Shown here in pieces: positions 32,623-42,756 of a stretch of 64,000 nt of DNA; within the stretch, counting starts at the first letter, position 1, and each line of letters begins with the position of its first letter. Below the pieces are notes generated by a model. It saw nothing but the letters and a program-made list of their open reading frames with translations. It did no database searches and was not told the DNA's origin. This DNA comes from Escherichia phage LF82-41: the sequence record PV660463, one strand, 5' to 3'. A program made the position numbers and the translations under genes.

Positions 32623-33236
32623 TACTTAATGAAATTAATTTCTACCGGATGAACAACAGGTTGAGCAGTGATATATTGAGTAATTGCTTTCATGACTAGA
32701 GCTTCAGAGCCAGGATTTTTCTCAACGAATTCACGTGCTTGGTTATGAGCTTCAAGTTCACTTAGTAAACCACTTCGTTGACATCCACGGTCTTGAGTAC
32801 CCTGTTCAGATAAAAAGGCGACGATGTATTTTTCATCGTCATAAGGTTTAGGCAGTTGAGCAAATGTTCCTTTACTTCCAAAAGGAGAGTTATGACGCCA
32901 CATCACGCCGTGAGGAGTTTCAACCTTCGTATATTCGTGTGGGCCATTTTTCTTAGTTTCTTGATGTGGAACTTCGTAGACCTTAGGGTTAGGACATTCA
33001 ATAAAATGCTCATCTAAATCAGTCGAGAATATTAAAGTAAAACAATTACTGAATTTACCAACACCTGCCTGATAAATTTTACCTTCAGAAGTTCTAATTT
33101 CACAAACTGAGCCAGCATCAGTAACTTCTAAAACTTCAAAAGGCTCGATAAGGTCATATGAGAACATGTTTTTAAGGCGTGGAGTAATATCCCCATTTTT
33201 AAAATTCATTTTATAAAAAGTATTAACTTTAAACAT
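32622..33236 (-). CDS. hypothetical protein, 204 aa
   Basis: ORF-track ORF; ATG with GAGGA RBS. Confidence 0.6.
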   Translation of the reverse strand: MFKVNTFYKMNFKNGDITPRLKNMFSYDLIEPFEVLEVTDAGSVCEIRTSEGKIYQAGVGKFSNCFTLIFSTDLDEHFIECPNPKVYEVPHQETKKNGPHEYTKVETPHGVMWRHNSPFGSKGTFAQLPKPYDDEKYIVAFLSEQGTQDRGCQRSGLLSELEAHNQAREFVEKNPGSEALVMKAITQYITAQPVVHPVEINFIK

Positions 33237-33249
33237 AATTTCCTCAATA

Positions 33250-33265
33250 GGGAGCCGAAGCTCCC
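33250..33265 (-). terminator. intercistronic UUCG-tetraloop hairpin
   Basis: GGGAGC-CGAA-GCTCCC just before GAGGA RBS; no T-run. Confidence 0.4.
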
Positions 33266-33272
33266 AATTAAT

Positions 33273-33638
33273 TTAGATATCAAATTCGTTAAGAACTACA
33301 TCAAAGATTGCTTCGAGATGTTCAGGTTTAGCTCGGTTACTCAGGATATGACGAATCCAAGTTTTAACCAGAAGTTTACGATTAACACCATTCCAGCAAG
33401 GATGAGTACCTAAATCACGCTGACGGAAATCATCATCTAATGCAATTTTAAAATTTGAACCTTCCATCGTGATTGAAACCGTGATGCCATTTTCAAATCG
33501 CATATAAACGTAATTAGGAGTCATGCACTGTTCGATTTCACATACTGAACCATTTTTATGTTTCCATAAGCAAATAACTTCAGAAGAACCAGCGATACCG
33601 TTAGAAACATATTTGCGTTCGAAGTTGATGTAGTTCAT
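33273..33638 (-). CDS. hypothetical protein (30.7 position)
   Basis: ORF-track ORF 121 aa; ATG start. Confidence 0.6.
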   Translation of the reverse strand: MNYINFERKYVSNGIAGSSEVICLWKHKNGSVCEIEQCMTPNYVYMRFENGITVSITMEGSNFKIALDDDFRQRDLGTHPCWNGVNRKLLVKTWIRHILSNRAKPEHLEAIFDVVLNEFDI

Positions 33639-33668
33639 TTTATTCTCCAGATGTTTAAGTTGTTTATT

Positions 33669-33699
33669 GGTACAGGTCTATAATAACATAACCTGTACC
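33669..33699. repeat. perfect 9-bp inverted repeat with 13-nt loop
   Basis: GGTACAGGT...ACCTGTACC; loop holds the -10 hexamer of an early promoter. Confidence 0.8.
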
Positions 33700-33708
33700 A
33701 AAGTAAAC
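33680..33708 (-). promoter_or_regulatory. early promoter GTTTAC-N17-TATTAT
   Basis: -10 lies in the loop of a perfect 9-bp inverted repeat (33669-33699). Confidence 0.5.
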
Positions 33709-33712
33709 TGTT

Positions 33713-34081
33713 TTATGCAACTTTAATCCAATTGTCTAAATTTAAAACACCTTTGGCTTTCATTTTTTCGATCAGGTTATCTGCTGTAATGCGTCCATTT
33801 TGATACCATGTAACATCTTCAGAGTAACCAGTTTCTTCGTCAACATATGTTTCTGAACGAATTTTACCGGTAATAATAGTTTTTAATTCGTACGTGTCAC
33901 CTGTGAAAAAGTTTGCTAACACAATTTTCCAAGAGAAATCATCAGAAGGACCTTCAGGGGTCATACAACCTACGAACTCAAATTGCTCTTTGTATAACAT
34001 CCACTGGAATTCTTTAATTTCGATAGCTTTATAACCGTCGTGGTCTTTACATTTGATGTATGAGTTCAGATTGATTTTCAT
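33713..34081 (-). CDS. hypothetical protein (30.8 position)
   Basis: ORF-track ORF 122 aa; early promoter and CGGAGA RBS upstream. Confidence 0.6.
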   Translation of the reverse strand: MKINLNSYIKCKDHDGYKAIEIKEFQWMLYKEQFEFVGCMTPEGPSDDFSWKIVLANFFTGDTYELKTIITGKIRSETYVDEETGYSEDVTWYQNGRITADNLIEKMKAKGVLNLDNWIKVA

Positions 34082-34122
34082 TTTATTCTCCGGTTGTTTT
34101 ATTGATTAGGTGGTACAAGTCT

Positions 34123-34151
34123 ATAGTAACACATCCTACAGGAGAGTAAAC
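34123..34151 (-). promoter_or_regulatory. early promoter GTTTAC-N17-TACTAT
   Basis: Cassette copy upstream of ORF 33713-34081. Confidence 0.55.
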
Positions 34152-34188
34152 ATCTTTTTTAAACTTTTTCTGCCCTAAACGCACAAAA

Positions 34189-34206
34189 GGGAGACCGAAG
34201 TCTCCC
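34189..34206 (-). terminator. rho-independent terminator after small basic ORF
   Basis: Minus-strand GGGAGAC-UUCG-GUCUCCC followed by UUUUG. Confidence 0.65.
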
Positions 34207-34211
34207 TAAAA

Positions 34212-34391
34212 TTATGCAACAACCTTTCCAAAACGAGAAGCATCATCTCGAAGAACTGCACGTGCTCTGCGCATGATCTTCTCAACTGTTTGATTAATAC
34301 GAGAGTTCGACCCACGCTTGTATCCAGCGCGTTTAGAGGTACCATCAACTTTCTTTTCAACTGCTTTCTTTGCTTTAGCTTGTTTTGCCAT
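34212..34391 (-). CDS. small basic protein, 59 aa; not in ORF track
   Basis: Hand-translated MAKQAKAKKAVEKKVDGTSKRAGYKRGSN...; AAAGAG RBS; stop immediately followed by terminator hairpin. Confidence 0.45.
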   Translation of the reverse strand: MAKQAKAKKAVEKKVDGTSKRAGYKRGSNSRINQTVEKIMRRARAVLRDDASRFGKVVA

Positions 34392-34554
34392 TATAAATTC
34401 TCTTTAAATGAAAATGCAGGACTTATTGACATTGCCTGCGCAAGCCCTCAAGGGGAACATAGGTTTTGGGTATTTAACGACAGGATAACCATAAACCCGT
34501 CATCATACCTACCATGACTTACACAGCTAACCTTTTGCTGACGCATGATAGCAA

Positions 34555-34803
34555 TTATTTCAAAGTAATAACAAAATGACGAACTGCTTTGCGTGCTGCA
34601 GAAGCCAGAGGCTTAGCATATTTCAATTCATCTTTAGCTTCCAGTTCAGCAGCCAGAGTAGCCTGAGCAGGATTCAGATGTTTGAAATAACGCAGAATTT
34701 CCAGTGCTTCGGCTTCAACATCAATTGACGCACCGTAGTTTTCGTGACCGTTATTCCATGCGTTGCGTTGCAGTTCAAGAGCGTGTTGTAATTGTTTAAT
34801 CAT
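34555..34803 (-). CDS. rIII: rIII lysis inhibition accessory protein
   Basis: 82 aa; T4 rIII-like sequence and position downstream of gene 31. Confidence 0.9.
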   Translation of the reverse strand: MIKQLQHALELQRNAWNNGHENYGASIDVEAEALEILRYFKHLNPAQATLAAELEAKDELKYAKPLASAARKAVRHFVITLK

Positions 34804-34919
34804 TTTAAATTCTCAATTCGAGATAATATTTAGTAGCCACGTTCGTCTGAATTTCACCTTCTTTCGACAAGTCTCTCAGTTGTAGGCTACCGCTTAGAAG
34901 AGTGTTCTCTTCATATAGT

Positions 34920-34927
34920 TATTTATA
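34920..34927 (-). promoter_or_regulatory. late promoter TATAAATA on minus strand (rIII)
   Basis: Forward tatttata adjacent to gene 31 stop. Confidence 0.5.
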
Positions 34928-35260
34928 TCACTTATAAAGACACGGAATAGCTTTATAGTGGCATGTTACGAATTTCTGTTTAATTTCTTTAGGTTGTTTA
35001 AGTCCCAAAGCCACAAATGGATGTGGAACATTTCGAATTTGTCCAACTGGTAGTGGAGTCAAATCACCGACTTCAACAAAACCTTCAGGAACATCAGGAC
35101 CTACAGAATGAACTACACATAGTTCAGGAACTTCACCTTGAACACGTTTACCAATCACAAGTCCTGATTCGGTAACTTCTTCATCACCTGCTTGAGCGGG
35201 TTCAGAAACCAGAATGACATATTCACCAACAGCACGAATTGGGAGTTGTACTTCAGACAT
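34928..35260 (-). CDS. 31: co-chaperonin for GroEL (gp31)
   Basis: 110 aa; near-identical to T4 gp31 as recalled ([29 protein letters not shown]). Confidence 0.95.
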   Translation of the reverse strand: MSEVQLPIRAVGEYVILVSEPAQAGDEEVTESGLVIGKRVQGEVPELCVVHSVGPDVPEGFVEVGDLTPLPVGQIRNVPHPFVALGLKQPKEIKQKFVTCHYKAIPCLYK

Positions 35261-35290
35261 CTTATTTCCTTGTTGTTTGACGATAGATTA

Positions 35291-35317
35291 ATAATACCAT
35301 ACTATTCGTAAAGCATA
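35291..35317 (-). promoter_or_regulatory. middle (MotA-dependent) promoter upstream of gene 31
   Basis: MotA-box-like TATGCTTTA (35309-35317), 12-nt spacer, TATTAT (35291-35296); AAGGAAA RBS. Confidence 0.45.
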
Positions 35318-35614
35318 TTACATAAGAAGCAAACGTTCTACCGGAGTACCATCAACCGAAATTACTTTATCAAGGCGGAAAGAACGCCACTGACCTAACT
35401 TGGTATCAAATGCTCGAACTGATTCACGAGGTTCAGAACGAACTTCTGTTGCCGGATTGTTATTTTCATATTTGACTTCAAGTTCATCGCGGGAGGCAAA
35501 CATAGTGCGTACCTCGCCGTTAGCCTTTTCAAATACAACACAATGAACGCCTACAGACAGAATAGTTTTAATACGTTCACGAAGAACCATAGTTTCTTGT
35601 TCAGTTAAAATCAT
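35318..35614 (-). CDS. hypothetical protein (31.1 position)
   Basis: ATG at 35614 one nt after cd stop; track start 35626 is GTG. Confidence 0.6.
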   Translation of the reverse strand: MILTEQETMVLRERIKTILSVGVHCVVFEKANGEVRTMFASRDELEVKYENNNPATEVRSEPRESVRAFDTKLGQWRSFRLDKVISVDGTPVERLLLM

Positions 35615-35615
35615 A

Positions 35616-36197
35616 TTATTCACCACAAAAGTTTCGGATTTGTTCCCAATTCAGAGAACGAAGATTATTACGAGAGTACTGAATTACTTCAATACCAGCT
35701 TGTTTAAGAATGTCTGCCCAGTTTTCAGGAGATCGGTCATATAATTCTGCATATACAACCTTTTTAATACCTGACTGCGTAATAGCTTTAGTACAATCAG
35801 GACATGGAGAAAGCGTCGTATATAACGTAGCACCTTCAATAGAATTACCTTTACGAGCGGCAAACAAAATTGCATTCAATTCTGCATGGATTTCATTATT
35901 AGCAGACCATGCACTATGAGCAGCTCGATGTTCTTTGGCTAAAACAAAATTATCTACCCGTCCAAATGCTGTAGTGCCTTCTTTATGTCCAGCAACGATG
36001 ACTGGGATTGGTTTATTCTTCAACCAACCATTTTCAGATGCATGTTCGCAACAGTTAACGCCACCTGCAGGTGAACCGTTATATCCAGTAGAAATAATGC
36101 GTCCATCTTTTTCAATGACGGCACCAACTTTCCATGAACAACATTTTGATTCTTGAGAAATCAGATATGCAATCTGAAGGTATGTGCTAGCTTTCAT
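35616..36197 (-). CDS. cd: dCMP deaminase
   Basis: 193 aa; zinc-binding HAE and PCxxC motifs; T4 Cd-like. Confidence 0.9.
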   Translation of the reverse strand: MKASTYLQIAYLISQESKCCSWKVGAVIEKDGRIISTGYNGSPAGGVNCCEHASENGWLKNKPIPVIVAGHKEGTTAFGRVDNFVLAKEHRAAHSAWSANNEIHAELNAILFAARKGNSIEGATLYTTLSPCPDCTKAITQSGIKKVVYAELYDRSPENWADILKQAGIEVIQYSRNNLRSLNWEQIRNFCGE

Positions 36198-37189
36198 TAT
36201 TGAACCTTATTAATATAAGTTAACAGCTCTTTAGTTTGTTCCCAACTGATGCACGCATCGGTAACGGAAACGCCATAGGACATATTATCAGAAATTTTTT
36301 GATTTCCTTCATGTAGGAACGATTCTATCATAATTCCTTTGACCAAATCATTAGCTGCTAAATTTTTACCAATACCAATTTGATTGCTATAATGCCCATC
36401 AGCGTTTGCATGGCTACAGTCAACCATTACATAATGATTCAGACCTACTGCCCTTGCTTTGTTAGAAGCTTCTTGAATATCAGAAGAATGATAGTTCGGG
36501 CCGTTGGTCCCGCCACGCAATACGATATGCGTATTCTGATTACCTTCAGCTTCAACAATGCCTACAGTACCATCGACGTCCATACCCATATACCGATGAG
36601 GCCAGGCGGCACTATACATCGCGTCTGTAGCTACTTTAATAGAACCATTGGTTGCGTTCTTGAAGCCTACGCACATCGGTAGACCTGAAGCAATTTCACG
36701 ATGTGTCTGACTTTCAGTCGTACGGGCGCCAATAGCAACCCATGAGAAAATACCAGAAAGATACTTAATCGTGAATGGGTCTAATACTTCAGTTGCTAAT
36801 GGAAGTCCCATACGTAGAAGTTTACGACACAATGTTCGTGCAACTATAAGACCGTGGTTCATATCAAAACTTCCGTCAAGATATGGATCATTTACAAGAC
36901 CTTTCCAACCTACGGTAGTTCGAGGCTTTTCAAAATAAACGCGCATCACTAACAGAACATTAGGAAGACGAGTTTGAAGTTCAGCCAGACGTTTGCCGTA
37001 TTCAACAGCAGCAATAGGGTCATGAATTGAACAAGGACCTACAACAATAAGTTTGCGTGGGTCTTCACCGTTCATAATCGAATTAACTTGTTCGCGATGA
37101 GAAGCCACTTGTGATGCGTAAGCTTCCGACAAAGGAATAATCTCAGCCAGTTCTTTTGGAGAAATAAGTTTTCCGACGACAGGTAACAT
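36197..37189 (-). CDS. 3-deoxy-D-arabino-heptulosonate-7-phosphate (DAHP) synthase, type I (AroG/F/H-like)
   Basis: 330 aa; motifs GPCSIHD, MRVYFEKPRTTVGWKGL, IGARTTESQ, ILRGG, CSHANA, IESFLHEGNQ, TDACI; stop overlaps cd start; AAGGA RBS. Confidence 0.9.
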   Translation of the reverse strand: MLPVVGKLISPKELAEIIPLSEAYASQVASHREQVNSIMNGEDPRKLIVVGPCSIHDPIAAVEYGKRLAELQTRLPNVLLVMRVYFEKPRTTVGWKGLVNDPYLDGSFDMNHGLIVARTLCRKLLRMGLPLATEVLDPFTIKYLSGIFSWVAIGARTTESQTHREIASGLPMCVGFKNATNGSIKVATDAMYSAAWPHRYMGMDVDGTVGIVEAEGNQNTHIVLRGGTNGPNYHSSDIQEASNKARAVGLNHYVMVDCSHANADGHYSNQIGIGKNLAANDLVKGIMIESFLHEGNQKISDNMSYGVSVTDACISWEQTKELLTYINKVQ

Positions 37190-37309
37190 AACAATCCTTA
37201 GGAGATATAAACAGATTCTGATTCAACAATACCTTTAACCGGATTAGACAGGCTAAGTTGGTAGTGCTCAGATTTATGACCATTCTCGATAGTAATGAGA
37301 TAGCTCTCA

Positions 37310-37546
37310 TTATAGTGTTCCATATACTCGAGTTGCTTCAACAAGACCATCACTGCCTAATTTAAGGCTAGTAATCTGGTCACCATCTTTAGGATTAACG
37401 ATTATGAGAAAAGAACGTGGAGATTCTTGAATAACTCGTAATGTTGCATCCTGGAAACGTTCAGACACTTTATTGATGAGTGCTTGAGCAAATTCTTTTA
37501 CTTTAATCTGAAATTCGTGTACTGTAATTGGGGTTTCACTTAGCAT
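37310..37546 (-). CDS. hypothetical protein, 78 aa
   Basis: ORF-track ORF; ATG with GAGG RBS downstream of early promoter cassette. Confidence 0.55.
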   Translation of the reverse strand: MLSETPITVHEFQIKVKEFAQALINKVSERFQDATLRVIQESPRSFLIIVNPKDGDQITSLKLGSDGLVEATRVYGTL

Positions 37547-37575
37547 TTCGATTTCCTCATTGTGTTGGTAGAGTT

Positions 37576-37605
37576 ATAGTATCACAACTCCACCATGTTG
37601 TAAAC
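37576..37605 (-). promoter_or_regulatory. early promoter GTTTAC-N18-TACTAT
   Basis: Cassette copy upstream of ORF 37310-37546. Confidence 0.55.
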
Positions 37606-37607
37606 CA

Positions 37608-37883
37608 TTAAATTGCTTTGCATTCAATTTTTTGTGTACCGAAATTGATATCACATTGGATAACTAAATCGCCGTCAAGATCAAATACCACTATGACGTG
37701 TGCAGACCCAGGGAGAAGAGTAATAGCAATAGAATCTACTTGGTCTGGGAGTAAAGCATTGAGTACATGAGTTAGTTGAGCATGAACTCTGAGTTCGGCT
37801 GCATTATCAAGCACTTCAAACATATTATTAGCAATAATCTGACTGAAGACTACCTTTACAATTTCAGAATAAGTTGGGAACAT
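37608..37883 (-). CDS. hypothetical protein, 91 aa
   Basis: ORF-track ORF in compact early operon. Confidence 0.5.
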   Translation of the reverse strand: MFPTYSEIVKVVFSQIIANNMFEVLDNAAELRVHAQLTHVLNALLPDQVDSIAITLLPGSAHVIVVFDLDGDLVIQCDINFGTQKIECKAI

Positions 37884-37890
37884 AATTACC

Positions 37891-38115
37891 TCAGTGCACA
37901 GTATTTACTTTAACTCGAACAACAAATCGCTCGGTTGGTTCACCTACAGGAACAAACTCTACATGATATTCGCCTTTGTATCGAGTATTCAGGTCATTAC
38001 GAATTCCTGCGAGTTTGTTGATTAATGTAGGACTCATATTAAGTCCCACTAGTTTACGAAGCATTTTGTATGCTTCATCTTCGATTTCATGATGTTTATC
38101 GTACATAGTTTTCAT
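37891..38115 (-). CDS. hypothetical protein, 74 aa
   Basis: ORF-track ORF; ATG start. Confidence 0.5.
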   Translation of the reverse strand: MKTMYDKHHEIEDEAYKMLRKLVGLNMSPTLINKLAGIRNDLNTRYKGEYHVEFVPVGEPTERFVVRVKVNTVH

Positions 38116-38286
38116 TTAACCATTCAATTGCCTGGTCGACGTTATCAAATATGCCACCGTCCAAACGTTCTTCATGCTCATAGTTCAGCACATCAATACC
38201 GAACTGTCCATTTACTAAAGGCCAGGCAACAAACAAATATTCTTTATGCCGTTCAATGGCCTCAATCACTTCATATAATCGTTTCA

Positions 38287-38287
<1 letters not shown>
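38096..38287 (-). CDS. hypothetical protein, 63 aa
   Basis: ORF-track ORF; start overlaps pseT stop. Confidence 0.5.
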
Positions 38288-39373
<1,086 letters not shown>

Positions 39374-39374
<1 letters not shown>

Positions 39375-39673
39375 TATTTTATTCCTAAGAAAATTTCAAG
39401 AATACGAATGTTATGCTCGCGCCGGTCTTTATTAATTTCAGCAACGTTTTTATTAATTGACGTACTTCTAACGTTTGAAGAAATAAATTTAATCATATGA
39501 CTTTTGAGTTGTTGCAAATCCATCCCTTTTTCTTTAGCAGCTTTACGAAGAGCTTTACCTGCTTCATCTAGTGCCTTTGCTGCATCTTTGTCATAATTGC
39601 CAAGTGACATTCCACGACAGATATCAATATACTCATCAGACCGTTTGATGTAATTCTCTAGTAATGTTTTCAT
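39374..39673 (-). CDS. hypothetical protein, 99 aa
   Basis: ORF-track ORF; ATG with GAGG RBS and early promoter upstream. Confidence 0.55.
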
Positions 39674-39701
39674 TTAGATTTCCTCAATTATCCATAGGAG
39701 C

Positions 39702-39731
39702 ATTATAATCTGCTCCTGAGAGTTTGTAAAC
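39702..39731 (-). promoter_or_regulatory. early promoter GTTTAC-N18-TATAAT
   Basis: -10 overlaps loop of a 6-bp inverted repeat (39697-39716); upstream of ORF 39374-39673. Confidence 0.5.
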
Positions 39732-39955
39732 TATTTTACTAAAGATTCAATATACTCATGAAGAGCTTTAGTCGCTACTGCCCACTTATTCTGATATTCA
39801 TTTTTCAGATTAGCACGAGACTGAACTAACAATCGGTCATTAGTCGGAGGCAAAGATTCTAATCGTTGAATCTGGCGCCCATAAATCATAGCCGCCATTT
39901 CAGATTCATAGATAAGCCCTTTAATGTATTCATGCTGTTCTTTAGTCATTGGCAT
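39731..39955 (-). CDS. hypothetical protein, 74 aa
   Basis: ORF-track ORF. Confidence 0.5.
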   Translation of the reverse strand: MPMTKEQHEYIKGLIYESEMAAMIYGRQIQRLESLPPTNDRLLVQSRANLKNEYQNKWAVATKALHEYIESLVK

Positions 39956-40236
39956 TTTTCCTCTTTTAAACCACTACGATAATAACATATCATAGTCTTC
40001 TGGTCATGTACATATCTTTTTACGTCGTTTAACCAGATACGAAATTCTTGAGAGTCTTCAAACGGCATTCCAACCCATGGATTACCATCAATAACCTTTA
40101 CTTGCCATTTCTGGTTATATTCAACAATAGATTCAGGCCATGGTGGATGTAAAGTTTCTTTAGGGCTTAAGGGCACATCCTGGGCACATCCAGCCAAAAT
40201 ACCAATAGATAATACAACTGCGGTTAATTTAATCAT
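39946..40236 (-). CDS. outer-membrane spanin lipoprotein (o-spanin; T4 pseT.2 equivalent)
   Basis: 96 aa; signal peptide with lipobox ILAGC; 4-nt overlap with upstream i-spanin ORF. Confidence 0.7.
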   Translation of the reverse strand: MIKLTAVVLSIGILAGCAQDVPLSPKETLHPPWPESIVEYNQKWQVKVIDGNPWVGMPFEDSQEFRIWLNDVKRYVHDQKTMICYYRSGLKEEKCQ

Positions 40237-40589
40237 TCTGAGAGCTTCCTGAGGTCTTCTGCAAAGGAATCGAAGGACCTGTTGATTTGTTTTTCGACCA
40301 ATCCTGGCTTACTTGCCACCACGTTCTTCTTCTTCGAATCCTTACGGAGCTTTTCATTTTCGGCCTTAAGTTGGTCAACTAAAACACGGTTCTTATAAGT
40401 CATTTCTTCGATTGACTGATATTGAACTTTGAAGTCGTCTAATACTTTAGCATTGTTTTTAGCAGCCTCTTTAACAGAAGCTAATTCAGTATTCAACGAA
40501 TCAACTTTGTTGTTTAAGACAACTATTGTTACCGTAGAAACTAGAGCAAAAGCTGCTACTATAACATAAATCGGATTTACTTTAAGCAT
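40233..40589 (-). CDS. inner-membrane spanin (i-spanin; T4 pseT.3 equivalent)
   Basis: 118 aa; N-terminal TM helix then coiled-coil-like region; paired with lipoprotein ORF. Confidence 0.7.
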   Translation of the reverse strand: MLKVNPIYVIVAAFALVSTVTIVVLNNKVDSLNTELASVKEAAKNNAKVLDDFKVQYQSIEEMTYKNRVLVDQLKAENEKLRKDSKKKNVVASKPGLVEKQINRSFDSFAEDLRKLSE

Positions 40590-41077
40590 GTTTGAATAAT
40601 CTCAATGATTTCGTCTCGGGATAATCCATTGATAAGAACTGTTTTAGGCCCATCAGTTTGGATTTTGTAGGTCTCAAACATTACACACAACTCTTCTGCT
40701 GTATGATATGGACTTGAAATTCCGAGACGGTTGAATTTGTCGGTAAGAGGGTCGCAAATGATGTAGAATTTTATACCTGCGATATGTACATTTGGTTGAC
40801 TAATATTAATGAACACATTAGCGTCATATTTAGTTAAATTGTTTTGAAGAAATTCTACCATAGCATTAACTGCTTCTGGCATCGCTTCGCGTTTCTCTTC
40901 AGCGTATCGGGTTGAATACTCTTTTTGCTTTAACTTCTTTTTAGCATTTTTCGCTAGAGTAGTACGAAGGTCCGTAAGATAACCAACTGGACGGCCTTTC
41001 TTAAAGACCCGGATTCCATCTGTAGAATCACCAAATGCTGCCACAACCATATCGTTAGTAATCAATTGCATATTCAT
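40577..41077 (-). CDS. alc: Alc-like protein (inhibitor of host transcription)
   Basis: ATG at 41077 with GAGGAG RBS gives ~166 aa (T4 Alc 167 aa); position between spanins and rnlA; track ORF starts 21 codons earlier. Confidence 0.65.
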   Translation of the reverse strand: MNMQLITNDMVVAAFGDSTDGIRVFKKGRPVGYLTDLRTTLAKNAKKKLKQKEYSTRYAEEKREAMPEAVNAMVEFLQNNLTKYDANVFINISQPNVHIAGIKFYIICDPLTDKFNRLGISSPYHTAEELCVMFETYKIQTDGPKTVLINGLSRDEIIEIIQTCLK

Positions 41078-41107
41078 AATTTTCTCCTCGTGTTGTTGAT
41101 AAAACCC

Positions 41108-41137
41108 ATAGTAACACCATCCTTGGTGTTTGTAAAC
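41108..41137 (-). promoter_or_regulatory. early promoter GTTTAC-N18-TACTAT upstream of alc
   Basis: Cassette copy followed by GAGGAG RBS and alc ATG. Confidence 0.55.
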
Positions 41138-41139
41138 CA

Positions 41140-42273
<1,134 letters not shown>

Positions 42274-42319
42274 TCAGTTAGTTTTTTTAAATTATACCAC
42301 AATCCTTGTGGTGTGTAAA

Positions 42320-42730
42320 CTACTTTTTCTTATGTTGGATATTCCAAGGCGGGTTGAACTTTTTGATAAAAAGCGGTTCTTCAAGGTCCATTGTTGCGAT
42401 GGTCATTGAACCAAGTTCGTTGGTGACTGAAAGGTCAAAACATTGGCGGGCCCAGAATTCAACCTTTTTGCCTTGCATTAAGGCATCCAAAATCATAAGT
42501 GATTTTCTTGAATCTGAAGTCTGGTCTTTTCGATTTATGGCTGTTCGATAATAGTTAATGCGTTTCTTTAAATTCTTGGTTTTACCAATATACACAAGTT
42601 CGTCATCTATAGCAATAGCGTATATGACATTTTTCTTATTAGGGACATCAACTGTTTTAATTGTTGCATCTTCTAATAGCTCCAATTCTGTATATTTAAT
42701 AAAGGAATATTCGGCGGCAATATCTTTCAT
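42320..42730 (-). CDS. denA: endonuclease II (GIY-YIG family)
   Basis: 136 aa; IYAIAIDDELVYIGKT motif; matches T4 EndoII length and termini. Confidence 0.85.
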   Translation of the reverse strand: MKDIAAEYSFIKYTELELLEDATIKTVDVPNKKNVIYAIAIDDELVYIGKTKNLKKRINYYRTAINRKDQTSDSRKSLMILDALMQGKKVEFWARQCFDLSVTNELGSMTIATMDLEEPLFIKKFNPPWNIQHKKK

Positions 42731-42738
42731 AATAAAGT

Positions 42739-42752
42739 GGGACCGAAGTCCC
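42739..42752 (-). terminator. intercistronic UUCG-tetraloop hairpin between nrdB and denA
   Basis: GGGAC-CGAA-GTCCC; no T-run. Confidence 0.4.
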
Positions 42753-42756
42753 GTCC

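Noticed and set aside
34175-34360. ORF-track minus-strand ORF (61 aa)
   Set aside because: Would read through the terminator hairpin at 34189-34206 and overlaps a better-supported 59-aa frame.
34290-34517. ORF-track plus-strand ORF (75 aa) in the rIII-proximal gap
   Set aside because: Antisense to the early operon, no RBS or promoter, odd composition; likely chance ORF.
34392-34554. Possible tRNA or small RNA gene in the 163-nt gap
   Set aside because: No GTTCRA T-loop, no cloverleaf-compatible stems and no CCA end found by eye; kept only as an unexplained gap.
36197-37189. DAHP synthase as host contamination or assembly chimera
   Set aside because: The gene overlaps the cd start codon, has a phage-style RBS and is flanked on both sides by T4-type genes on the same strand.
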